NCBI GenBank assembly: GCA_032128115.1
Contig: JAQBHB010000068.1
Coordinates: 8,725-72,724, forward strand
DNA length: 64,000 bases
From: Deltaproteobacteria bacterium
GTDB lineage: Bacteria; Myxococcota_A; UBA9160; SMWR01
Direction: 5' to 3'
A program made the position numbers and the translations under genes. The notes under the pieces are model-generated. The model did no database searches and had not been told where the DNA came from. It saw only the letters and a program-made list of their open reading frames with translations. Positions 38,357 to 47,318 of the stretch are shown here, piece after piece. Within the stretch, counting starts at the first letter, position 1. Each line of letters starts with the position of its first letter.

Positions 38357-39508
38357 ATGTCCGAGCGGGAATTGCTGAACACGGCCCGGAAGCTCCGCGA
38401 GCTGATCGAATCCGAGGCCGAACACGTGGAGCAGAACGCCACCATGACGGAGCCGGTGGTGGAGGCGCTGGTGGAGTCAGGCCTGTTCCGCCTGCTCGTG
38501 CCCAGCGACCTGGGCGGCCTCGAGGCCGACGCCGCGACGATCCTCGATGTGTGCGAGGAACTCTCGTTCGCCGATGGCTCCGTGGGCTGGGCGTTCGCCC
38601 AGAATACGACGGTGATGGCCTACGCCGCCTACCTGACCCGGGAACACGCCGAGCCGCTGGCGCGCTGCCGGGCGGGCGCGGGCATGTTCGCCCCCCTGGG
38701 AGTGGCCCACGTGGAGAACGGCGGCTTCCGGGTCTCCGGCCGCTACCCCTTCGGCAGTGGATCCGGCCATGCCGACTACATGGGTGGCTCGGCCATGGTG
38801 ATGCAGGACGGGGAGATGGCGCCCTTCGTGGATGGCCTGCCGCAGATCCGGGCCTTCATCGTTCCCAGTGATCGCACGGCGCTCAAGGGCAACTGGGACG
38901 TCATGGGCCTGCGTGGCACGGGAAGCTTCGACTTCGAGATCCCCGAACAGCACGTGGAAGCCGGCCAGACGTTTTCGCTCTTCGAGACCCGCCCCATCGC
39001 CGGCGGCGCGATCTACGGTCTGGGCCCGGTCGTGTTGGGCACCATCAGCTCGGTGGCCTGGGCCATCGGGGTGGCCGAACGGGCGCTGCATGAAATCGGC
39101 GAGATCGCCAAGGGGGGCCGCACGCGCCTGGGTTCCCAGCCGCTGCGGGAGCACCAGATCTTCCAACGCGATTTCGGACTCCACAAGATCGCGGTGGCCG
39201 GCGCCCGCGCGCTGGCCAGGGATTCCTACGGCGGCGCCGTCGCCGCCATCGAGCGCGGCGAACCCAGGGACACCTGCACGGATCTCATCCGCGAGACCAA
39301 GGCCGCCGCCAGCTACGTCACCCGGGTGGCCAAGCAAGCGACGACCTTCGCCTGGGAGGCCTCGGGGAGCAGCGGCATGCGCAACCCGAGCCGCCTCCAG
39401 CGCTGCTTCCGAGACCTGTACATGGGCGCCGGGCATCAGGTCTTCGACGAGCGCAACTACATCGAACTCGCGAAGACGAACCTGGGGCTGGAAAACGCGA
39501 TCTTCTAG
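38357..39508 (+). CDS. Acyl-CoA-dehydrogenase-fold flavin-dependent monooxygenase (HsaA-like)
   Basis: GLFRLLVP..LGG, DGSVGW, FGSG, WDVMGLRGTGS, LQRCFRD. Confidence 0.88.
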   Translation: MSERELLNTARKLRELIESEAEHVEQNATMTEPVVEALVESGLFRLLVPSDLGGLEADAATILDVCEELSFADGSVGWAFAQNTTVMAYAAYLTREHAEPLARCRAGAGMFAPLGVAHVENGGFRVSGRYPFGSGSGHADYMGGSAMVMQDGEMAPFVDGLPQIRAFIVPSDRTALKGNWDVMGLRGTGSFDFEIPEQHVEAGQTFSLFETRPIAGGAIYGLGPVVLGTISSVAWAIGVAERALHEIGEIAKGGRTRLGSQPLREHQIFQRDFGLHKIAVAGARALARDSYGGAVAAIERGEPRDTCTDLIRETKAAASYVTRVAKQATTFAWEASGSSGMRNPSRLQRCFRDLYMGAGHQVFDERNYIELAKTNLGLENAIF

Positions 39509-39560
39509 CGCTGGGATTCCCCGCGGAAGAAAGCGCTGCGCACCCGACGGGGCCAACGGA

Positions 39561-40544
39561 TCAGGCCGCGTCGTCTCCCTCCTCTGGATCCACCGGCAGC
39601 GCGATGGGAGCCGCCGGCATCGGGATGCGCTCGAGCTCGGACACGGCGTGGGGCGCCAATGCGAACACCACCACGCCCGCCACGGTGACGGCCATGCCGC
39701 CCAGCTGCCAGGCGGTGGGTGACTCCCCCAGGAGCAGGAAACTCACGCCGAGTGCGAGCACGGGAGTCGAGGGCACCACGATCGCCGTGGCCCGCGCCAG
39801 ATCCAGGCGCAGGATCGCCAAGTACCAGAGCATGGTTCCGGCGTAGGAGAGAACGATGCCCTGGAATGCGAGCGTTGGCAGCTGCGCCGACAACGAGGCG
39901 GCGCCGTCGCCCCCGCCGAGGGCGAGAGCGGGAGCCAGAAACAGGGATCCGTATACGTAACGGGCGCCCGTGAGCGCCTGGGCCGGAAAGCCGCGCAGGC
40001 GGCGGAGCACCATCACGTGAGAGAGCTGCCAGCAAAGCGGAGTGACCAACAGCAGGGCCAGGCCAAGCGGATCGCCCCGGGCTTCTTTTCCCACGCCCAC
40101 CGCCACGGCGACGCCCGCGGCCAGCACGGCGCACGCCGCGACCCGGCGCAGGGTGAGTCGGTGGCCGAGCACCCGCCACGCCAGCAACAGCGCGTAGACC
40201 GGCTCGATCTGGAGACACAACGCCGCCTCGATGGCCGATGTGCGCTGGGTGCCGACGAAGAACAGCACGTACGGAAGCGCGGTGCCCAGCAGTCCCAGGA
40301 TCGCGAGCGTGCCCAGCGTGTCGCGCTGCACCAGCAGGCGCAGCTCGCCGCGCGCCGCCAGCACCGCCAGGGCCGACGCGCCGGCAAAGGCCGTGGTGAG
40401 CGCCGCCACGAACAGCGGGTCCGCGCGGCCGGTGGTGAGCTTCGCCACCGCCGGCACGAAGGCGCCGTTCAGGGCACACAGGAGTCCGAAGACCATCCCC
40501 GCGCCCTGACCGGAGAGCCCGCCTCGGGGGGCCGTCGTATCCAC
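39561..40544 (-). CDS. DMT/EamA family transporter
   Basis: About 10 TM helices in two repeats; EPVY, LLGES. Start uncertain (GTG after GAGGA). Confidence 0.87.
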   Translation of the reverse strand: MDTTAPRGGLSGQGAGMVFGLLCALNGAFVPAVAKLTTGRADPLFVAALTTAFAGASALAVLAARGELRLLVQRDTLGTLAILGLLGTALPYVLFFVGTQRTSAIEAALCLQIEPVYALLLAWRVLGHRLTLRRVAACAVLAAGVAVAVGVGKEARGDPLGLALLLVTPLCWQLSHVMVLRRLRGFPAQALTGARYVYGSLFLAPALALGGGDGAASLSAQLPTLAFQGIVLSYAGTMLWYLAILRLDLARATAIVVPSTPVLALGVSFLLLGESPTAWQLGGMAVTVAGVVVFALAPHAVSELERIPMPAAPIALPVDPEEGDDAA

Positions 40545-40629
40545 CGCCGGAATTCCTCGCCTGGCGGATCCAACGGGATGTCGGATCCGACGCCGAGCAA
40601 GTAGCCGCCACGGCCGACGCGTGCAACGG

Positions 40630-42075
40630 TCAGCGCGAGAGCGGGCTCCGGCGCGCCGCATCGCGCGGGCAAGCCAGCAGATCGCTGCCTTCCACCTCCC
40701 GACCCAGGGCCTCGAGCCGGGCCGCAATCGCCTCGACCACCGCGCGCAGGATGGGCGGCACGTGCAGACCGTAGAGCTCCATCCGGACCGTGGTCACCGC
40801 CATCTCTGCCACCAGCCGAAACTGCTGGTTCGGGAAATCCTCGCCCTCCAGCCGGTGGACCTCCTGGCCAGCTTCCAGCGAAACCAGGCGCGAGAACGGA
40901 ATCCGATGCTGACGGCAGCGCCAGGGACCGATGTGGACCAGGTGATCCAGGTACCGGGGATCGATCCGGAACGTGTGGCGACCGAATACCCAGACGAATA
41001 GCGAGCGCGTGCCGATCAGCGTGCCGACGGAGAGCAGCAGCGCGACTCCCCCCGCCACGACCTTGAAGATCGGCGTGGCCCAGACGGCCCAGGCACCGAA
41101 TCCGATCACGGTCGCATCGATCGCCAACGCTCCGAGGACGTTGAATGGCGTGGCCAGTGGGTGCAGGTGGCACCAGGGCGGAATCGTCCATACCCGGGCG
41201 TCGCCATCGCCATCGCCGTCGCCGTCGCGACGGGACACGGCTGCGCTTTCGCCGTCGGCGACCCGGAGGGTGTGCCCGATGCGAGCGGGCGGCATCGCGA
41301 GGCCGCCGCCGGTCTGGACCAGTCCCGTCTGGCAATGCGGACACTCGATGGCGCCCTGCTGGAGGAGATCCTTCTCCTCGGCCACGGGCCCCCCGCACCC
41401 GGGGCAGGCCACGCGATCGGCGCTCCGCGACTTCCGGGCGTCCTTCACGGCTGCGACGATCTCGCGCTCGAGCCATCGCACGCTCTCGAGACCTGGCATC
41501 CAGACGAACAGGCGCCCCCCGGGAGCGCGTATCCGGACGCCGCTTCGACCCCGCACGATGCTCGAGGTGTGGAATCGCTCGGTCTCCAGACGCCGGTGGC
41601 GCCACGCGATCCCAGCGGTGACCCACCAGAGATCGACGCGTCCATCGGAGACGGCCAGGCGCTGACGCGTGCTGCTGCCCACCAGGATCACGACACCGAT
41701 CAGGGCCAGGAGACCGATCAACCAGGGAGTGAGCATCACCGCCAGGGTCGGACTCGACAGACCGATCCAGTGCAGAACGCCCCCGACGCCGAGATCCGCT
41801 GCCGCGACACCCAGCAGGCCCCTTTCCAGGGGCAGCACGAACTCGCCTTGCGTCTCGAACTCGGAGGAACCGGGGCGAACCACGCGCGTCACGCGACCGG
41901 CCGGTCCCTGGATGGCGAAGTCGCCTACCCCGGGTACGGGCTCGGGGCTCGCGCACCACGCACACTGGAACCAGCCATGCTGGCGGGCTTCCGAGCTGAG
42001 TCGGTTGCCCGCGCCGCAGGTCCGGCAGTGGAGGCTGCGCCGGTCCTCGCTGACCCGCTCCCCCCCTCGTGCCAT
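40630..42075 (-). CDS. Hypothetical membrane protein with two zinc-ribbon modules
   Basis: CRTC...CAWC and CPGC...CPHC, each followed by a pair of hydrophobic helices. Confidence 0.65.
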   Translation of the reverse strand: MARGGERVSEDRRSLHCRTCGAGNRLSSEARQHGWFQCAWCASPEPVPGVGDFAIQGPAGRVTRVVRPGSSEFETQGEFVLPLERGLLGVAAADLGVGGVLHWIGLSSPTLAVMLTPWLIGLLALIGVVILVGSSTRQRLAVSDGRVDLWWVTAGIAWRHRRLETERFHTSSIVRGRSGVRIRAPGGRLFVWMPGLESVRWLEREIVAAVKDARKSRSADRVACPGCGGPVAEEKDLLQQGAIECPHCQTGLVQTGGGLAMPPARIGHTLRVADGESAAVSRRDGDGDGDGDARVWTIPPWCHLHPLATPFNVLGALAIDATVIGFGAWAVWATPIFKVVAGGVALLLSVGTLIGTRSLFVWVFGRHTFRIDPRYLDHLVHIGPWRCRQHRIPFSRLVSLEAGQEVHRLEGEDFPNQQFRLVAEMAVTTVRMELYGLHVPPILRAVVEAIAARLEALGREVEGSDLLACPRDAARRSPLSR

Positions 42076-42104
42076 CGAACCCCCCGGAATCTGCGCCCGG
42101 GGTC

Positions 42105-42133
42105 CTCATCGGCCGATCCAGAGGCTGCCTTGT
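42105..42133 (-). promoter_or_regulatory. Sigma28-like promoter candidate
   Basis: Minus strand ACAAG-N15-GCCGATGAG upstream of the ATG at 42075. Confidence 0.45.
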
Positions 42134-42194
42134 GACCCCCAAGCCGGCCCCCGGCCCGCGTGCAGCCAGGCGAAGCCGAACACAGCCGAGGGGG

Positions 42195-42413
42195 CTACGA
42201 GGCGAGCTTCTCCTCCGGCGTGACACCTTCGTCGCCCACCACGGCATCCACGTAGCCTACCGACTCGACGAGCACTTCACGGGCCTCCGCGACCGCGACG
42301 CCCTCCGGGGTATCGCCGGCCGAGGCGCCGAAGGCCAGAACCCAGACGATTGCAATCCAGATCGCAATCCAGATCGCAATCCACGGTATCCGTCGTCGGA
42401 GTCGCGCCGACAT
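42195..42413 (-). CDS. Small secreted or membrane hypothetical protein (72 aa)
   Basis: Basic N-terminus, hydrophobic segment containing WIAIx3, ASA cleavage-like site, acidic tail; AAGG RBS; follows the MutS-like gene. Confidence 0.45.
   Translation of the reverse strand: MSARLRRRIPWIAIWIAIWIAIVWVLAFGASAGDTPEGVAVAEAREVLVESVGYVDAVVGDEGVTPEEKLAS
42348..42383. repeat. 12-bp tandem repeat x3
   Basis: GATTGCAATCCA-GATCGCAATCCA-GATCGCAATCCA. Confidence 0.9.
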
Positions 42414-42433
42414 GGATGCCTTCCGCGCCAACT

Positions 42434-44227
42434 CTACACGTCCAGGCCGACGCTGCGCATCAGCTCGATCGCATTGCTCTTGGTGACGACGCCCGAACGC
42501 AGCTGGAAATCGAAGTGCATGCGGCCCTCCTCCAGGTGATCCTGGAAGTGCACGTTGGTGACGTAGGGCGCGAGCTCCGGGCCCGGGCGGGTGATGGCGA
42601 GATCGTGGGTGGTCACCAGGCCAATGGCGCCGCGCTCCACCAGGCTCCGGAGAACCGCCTCGGCGCCGATCTGGCGATCGTGGGAGTTGGTGCCGTGAAG
42701 GATTTCGTCGAGCAGGAACAGAACCGGAAGTGCCTCGCGAGTGGCCTCGACGATCCGGTGCAACCGGGTGATCTCGGCGTAGAAACGCGAACTTCCCTCC
42801 TGGAGCGAGTCCACCACCCGGATCGACGTGCCGACGAACACCGGCGTCAATTCCAGTCGGCGGGCACGAGCGGTACCGCCGGCCAGCGCCAGGACCGCGT
42901 TCAGGCCCAGCGTCCGCAGCAGGGTGCTCTTCCCCGACATGTTGGAGCCGCTCACCAGCAGCACGCGCCGATCGGCATCGAGCCAGACGTCGTTGCGCAC
43001 ACACTCGGACTCCGCGAGCAGCGGATGGCCGACGTGGGAAGCCTCCAGACGCGGCGATCCCGACACGATCGCCGGTATGCAATCGTCCGGGTGCTCGGCC
43101 GCGTGGGTCGCGAGCGAAGCCAGTGCCTCGAGCTCCGCCACCGCCGTCAGCCACTGCTCGATCGATGCGCCGTGACGCACCCGCCAGGCGTCGATGCTGA
43201 GCGTGATCTGGGTGGTGAAGAGCACAAGCGCGCCGAGGGGAGCGAACAGCTGGTTGCGGCGCGCATCCAGCAGGTTCACCAGCCGCCGCAACTGTGCGAT
43301 CCGGCGCGAGGCCGGCAGGCCCCGGATCTCCACCCGCTCGCGCAGCCGGGCCAGGAGCGGGCTCGAGAAGTGCTCGCGCTCGAGGATCTCCAACAGCTGC
43401 GCCAGCACGTCCAGATCCCGCATGGGCGCCTCGATGGAGCGGATGCTGGCGACGACGCGGCGGCGAACCAGGCAGGCAAATCCGCTCTGCACGACCAGGA
43501 CGAAGAGCAGCGGGATGTAGGGCATGCCCAGGAACCAGGCCACCAGCAGGCCCGCCGAGAGCATCCCGAAACCTGCGGCGACGATGCGCACGGCCGGGCT
43601 CGGTGGGGAAATGGCGGCCCTCCCCCAGGCGAGGATCGAATCCGAGTGGAGTTCAGCGGCAACGGCTTCGCCCACCCGAGCCAATTCCTCGCGCAGATCG
43701 AGCCGCTCGCGGAGTTCGGCCACGGCGACCTGGCGCCCGCGCACCGCATCCGGGTCGGTGGGCGCCAGCAGCCAGGCGGCGAGCACCTCCTCTCCGCGCC
43801 GTGTGCGCGCACGGCACAGCAGCTCGAAGAGCGAGCCGACCCCGAACAGATCGAGATCTTCCGCATACGGATGCTGCGGATCCCGGAAGCGGTCGCCCTG
43901 GGATCCCCGACCCGCGAAGCGGTGCTCCAAGCGGGCGACGCCGCCCTCGTAGTACGCAACGGCCCGCTCCGCGTCGCGCTGGCGGGTCAGCACGCGGTCG
44001 TGCATCACCACCAACACCGCGAACGCCGCAGCCGGCAGCCCCACCCAGGCGCCATCGATCCGGTCGGCGCCAAACGCCAATCCCGCGGCTGCGACACCGG
44101 CGGCGAACACCGCAAGCCGCGCATTCGAGATGCGGTTCGCCGTGCGCGTGCAGTGCCCGACCGCCTGGCCTCGGGTCGCGAGGCGCGCGTCGTATTCCCG
44201 GCGGATCTGTTTCGCGGCCTCGGACAC
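42434..44227 (-). CDS. Membrane-anchored MutS-related ATPase (domain V only)
   Basis: HPY..DLDLFG..SLF, TM segments, HPLL, GSNMSGKST, S.FYAE, LLDEILHGTNS, TTHD; no mismatch-binding domain seen. Confidence 0.9.
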   Translation of the reverse strand: MSEAAKQIRREYDARLATRGQAVGHCTRTANRISNARLAVFAAGVAAAGLAFGADRIDGAWVGLPAAAFAVLVVMHDRVLTRQRDAERAVAYYEGGVARLEHRFAGRGSQGDRFRDPQHPYAEDLDLFGVGSLFELLCRARTRRGEEVLAAWLLAPTDPDAVRGRQVAVAELRERLDLREELARVGEAVAAELHSDSILAWGRAAISPPSPAVRIVAAGFGMLSAGLLVAWFLGMPYIPLLFVLVVQSGFACLVRRRVVASIRSIEAPMRDLDVLAQLLEILEREHFSSPLLARLRERVEIRGLPASRRIAQLRRLVNLLDARRNQLFAPLGALVLFTTQITLSIDAWRVRHGASIEQWLTAVAELEALASLATHAAEHPDDCIPAIVSGSPRLEASHVGHPLLAESECVRNDVWLDADRRVLLVSGSNMSGKSTLLRTLGLNAVLALAGGTARARRLELTPVFVGTSIRVVDSLQEGSSRFYAEITRLHRIVEATREALPVLFLLDEILHGTNSHDRQIGAEAVLRSLVERGAIGLVTTHDLAITRPGPELAPYVTNVHFQDHLEEGRMHFDFQLRSGVVTKSNAIELMRSVGLDV

Positions 44228-44375
44228 CCTACCCCCCGGTGCGCAGCGATCGAGCGCACGCGGGAGTCTGGGGCAATCGGGACGTGGGCGCATGCGGAAT
44301 CGCGCGCCGGCCCCGCGGATCCGGTGGTGATCCGGCGGAATCGGCGCGATACTCCGCCATCACCCGGGAGTCATC

Positions 44376-44714
44376 GTGGCCAAGGCAATCGACTGGTACT
44401 ACCACCGCAAGGGCTGAACGTCTTGCACGCGAGCGTCCAAGTTCCTGGACGCAAACGGCATCGAGGTCAGGGAAGTCGTACCCGCCAGCCGCAAGCTGGC
44501 CCGCAAGGAGGCCGCCGCCCTGGCCGTGCAGGCCTCGAAGATCGTGGTAGCCAAGGGCAAGAAGGTGACGGAGTTCGCCGGCGGCACGGCCGGAAAAGAC
44601 GTGATCGAGGCCATGCTCGGACCCACGGGAAACCTGAGGGCACCGACGATCCGCAAGGGCAAGACGCTGCTGGTGGGCTTCAACGAAGAGGTCTTCGACC
44701 AGATCCTCGGGTAA
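44376..44714 (+). CDS. ArsC/Spx-like thioredoxin-fold selenoprotein (UxxC)
   Basis: GGGAG RBS and GTG start. Reads MAKAIDWYYHRKG-U(TGA 44415-44417)-TSCTRASKFL...MLGPTGNLRAPTIRKGKTLLVGFNEE, in frame with the 44526-44714 ORF; hairpin immediately downstream of the TGA. Confidence 0.85.
44418..44457 (+). promoter_or_regulatory. SECIS-like hairpin
   Basis: GCGTCCA(44433-44439)-AGTTCC-TGGACGC(44446-44452); 22 nt lie between the UGA and the loop, with G at loop position 2. Confidence 0.65.
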
Positions 44715-45945
44715 CGCGGCGCCTGCGCGCGCGCAGCCAGACCATCGGCGGCAGCATCGCCACCAGCTCGAAGCCGTCGCCGCAATCCTCGGGGCCGAAT
44801 GCGGCGGAAATCACTTCGCCCGTCAGCGAATCGTAGAGCGGGCCCTGATCGACGCAGCCATCGCCCGCGCCGTGATTCCTGGGCACGCACACGAGCAGCG
44901 TACCCTCGCAGACGCCCCCGAACTCGTCCTCTGCCCGGAAGCTCAGGTGGTAGGTCCTCCCGTCCCCGGATCCGCTGCGCTCCCGGCGCAGACTGGCGAA
45001 TTCGCTCCCGAGCCCCTTTGCATCCGGCGCGGTCTTCCCATCGCCCGAGTCGTTCACGGGCTCGTCCTGGGCGATCCGGGTGATGACCATGTCGGTCGGG
45101 TCGCCGTCCGGGTCGCTCACGCCGTGGATCGCGACCTTCTTGAACTTGTGGTCGGGGGGCCAGAGCACGTCCGGATCGGCGGCCGCACTGCTGCAGTCCG
45201 GCGGCTGGTTGAATGTCGTCGATGCGAGGCCCGTAAGCGGTCCCATACCTGTGTCACCGACCGGGTGGCTGGCGCCCGACTGGGGATCGATGCTGTACAG
45301 CATGCCCTGGTCGGCGCCGGTTCCCCCCGCGTAGAGCACGCCGTTCGCTCCGAACTCCAGGCTGCCGGCTCGGATGCCCGTGGATCCGATCACGGACGCC
45401 AGTCCGGTGGAGAGATCGAGGCTGAGCAGGTCCGCGGGACCCGAGCCGCCGCGAATCCCGTACAGGACCTGGGCCGTCTCATCGAAGGCGAGGCCAGAGA
45501 TGGCACCGGTTCCGGTGAGGCCCACCAGATCCGACACCCCGGTCGACGGATCGAGAATTCGCAGCTCGGAGGGAGTCTCGCCGCCCCCCCCCGAAATCAC
45601 GGTGCCGTAGAGCGCGAGCCCGACGAACTCGAGGCCCGTGAAGGATCCGCCGTTGAAGAGGGTGGGCCCGAGCGGGACGCCGGTTTCGATGTCGAACTCG
45701 GTGCCCGCGAAAGTGCCGTCGGGCGCCTGGGCAAAGGCTCGGCCCGTGTCCGGGCTGTACTCGATTTCGGTGGCGCCGTGCGGGAGCGCGGCGACGAACT
45801 GCGCTTCGGCCGTCACCAGATCCACCGTGAACAGGGACCCGTCCCGGTTGGTGGCGTAGAGGAACTCTCCGGTCGCGGTGGCGGCGGTCATCGCGAGGGC
45901 TGCGACGAACCCCACGGCTCCAGGTGTCAGACCGCGCTTGAACAT
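44680..45945 (-). CDS. Secreted beta-propeller protein with LWPP-type Ig-like domain and C-terminal anchor
   Basis: Signal peptide; repeated L..ID..TG blades; LWPPDHK, DPDGD, RERSGSGDGRTY; ends CGDGFELVAMLPPMVWLRARRRR... Confidence 0.75.
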   Translation of the reverse strand: MFKRGLTPGAVGFVAALAMTAATATGEFLYATNRDGSLFTVDLVTAEAQFVAALPHGATEIEYSPDTGRAFAQAPDGTFAGTEFDIETGVPLGPTLFNGGSFTGLEFVGLALYGTVISGGGGETPSELRILDPSTGVSDLVGLTGTGAISGLAFDETAQVLYGIRGGSGPADLLSLDLSTGLASVIGSTGIRAGSLEFGANGVLYAGGTGADQGMLYSIDPQSGASHPVGDTGMGPLTGLASTTFNQPPDCSSAAADPDVLWPPDHKFKKVAIHGVSDPDGDPTDMVITRIAQDEPVNDSGDGKTAPDAKGLGSEFASLRRERSGSGDGRTYHLSFRAEDEFGGVCEGTLLVCVPRNHGAGDGCVDQGPLYDSLTGEVISAAFGPEDCGDGFELVAMLPPMVWLRARRRRVTRGSGRRPLR

Positions 45946-46049
45946 GATCCTCTCCAGCACAGCTGCGCAGCGCAGATTCCCGGCCAGAATACCACCTGGC
46001 GGTCCCCTCAGGCGCCACAAGTTCGGGCGCTCGAAGCTACGCTCCGGGC

Positions 46050-47318
46050 GTGGATCGGAGGGGCCTGAGGCGCGTCGTCGGGATCTCCTGCCTGGTGATC
46101 GCCGGCGAGGCGATCTTCAGCCTGCCCTTCCATGTGGCGCGCTACTTCCGCCCCAGCCTGCTGCTGGCCCTCGACCTCACGAACAGCCAGCTGGGGCTGC
46201 TGCAGGCGGCGTACGGCGTGGTGGCGATGCTGGCCTACTTCCCGGGCGGGTTTCTCGCGGATCTCTTTTCGACCCGCATGCTCCTGACCGCGTCGTTGGC
46301 GACGACGGCGCTGGGTGGCTTCTACTTCGCCAGCTTTCCGAGCTACCAGGGCCTGTGGCTCCTGTTCGCGTTCTGGGGCCTCACGACCATCCTGTTGTTC
46401 TGGGCGGCCCTGATCCGGGCGACCCGGGAGTGGGGAGCACGAGACGCCCAGGGCTACGCCTACGGGATCCTGGACGGGGGCCGCGGTCTCTTCGCGGCCG
46501 TGATGGCCTTCGTTGCCGTGCTGATTTTCGCGGCCTCGTTCCCCGGCGATTCGACCGGCGTCAGCGATGCGCAGCGCCTGGACGCCCTGCGAAACGTGAT
46601 CTTCTTCTACACGGCGATGACGCTGGCGTCGGCCGCCCTGTCCTGGTTCTTCGTGATCGACTGGCGGGCCTCGAGCCCAAGGCCCCGGGTGTCGCCGGGG
46701 TTGCTTTCGCGCGTTCGCCAGGTGTTCCGCCGGCCCGGCGTCTGGGTGCAGGCACTGATCGTGGTGTGCGCCTACGTGGGCTACAAGGGGATCGACAACT
46801 ACTCGCTGTTCGCCGTCCAGGCTCACGGCATGAGTGAGGTCGACGGGGCACGCATCAGCGCACTCGGGGCCTGGGTGCGACCCGTCGCCGCCGTCGCCGT
46901 GGGTCTTCTGGGCGACCGGATCCGTTGCTCCCGGGCGGCTGCGGTCTGTTTTGCACTGCTTTGCGGCAGCTACCTGTGGTTTGCCCTGCACACCCCCGAG
47001 CCGTCGATGGCGTGGATCCTCTTCGCCAACATCGCCGTCACCAGTGCCGCGATCTACGGATTGCGGGCCGTCTACTTCGGCCTGTTCGAAGAGGGAAGCG
47101 TACCGCCCGCCGTCACGGGAACCGCCATCGGACTGGTCTCGGTGGTCGGCTACACGCCGGATGTCTTCATCGGTCCGCTCGGGGGCTGGATCCTCGACCG
47201 TTCGCCCGGTCTCGCGGGACATCAGCACTACTTCCTGATGCTGCTCGCGTTCGCTGGGGTCGGATGTCTCGCCAGCCTCGCCTTCCCGCGAATCTCGCTG
47301 CGTCGTCAGCGGGCGTAG
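46050..47318 (+). CDS. MFS transporter
   Basis: About 12 TM helices; GGFLADLFSTR and GLLGDRI (motif A). Confidence 0.9.
   Translation: MDRRGLRRVVGISCLVIAGEAIFSLPFHVARYFRPSLLLALDLTNSQLGLLQAAYGVVAMLAYFPGGFLADLFSTRMLLTASLATTALGGFYFASFPSYQGLWLLFAFWGLTTILLFWAALIRATREWGARDAQGYAYGILDGGRGLFAAVMAFVAVLIFAASFPGDSTGVSDAQRLDALRNVIFFYTAMTLASAALSWFFVIDWRASSPRPRVSPGLLSRVRQVFRRPGVWVQALIVVCAYVGYKGIDNYSLFAVQAHGMSEVDGARISALGAWVRPVAAVAVGLLGDRIRCSRAAAVCFALLCGSYLWFALHTPEPSMAWILFANIAVTSAAIYGLRAVYFGLFEEGSVPPAVTGTAIGLVSVVGYTPDVFIGPLGGWILDRSPGLAGHQHYFLMLLAFAGVGCLASLAFPRISLRRQRA

Noticed and set aside
44526..44714. 62-aa ORF as a standalone gene
   Set aside because: It is the in-frame C-terminal half of the UGA-containing gene that starts at 44376.
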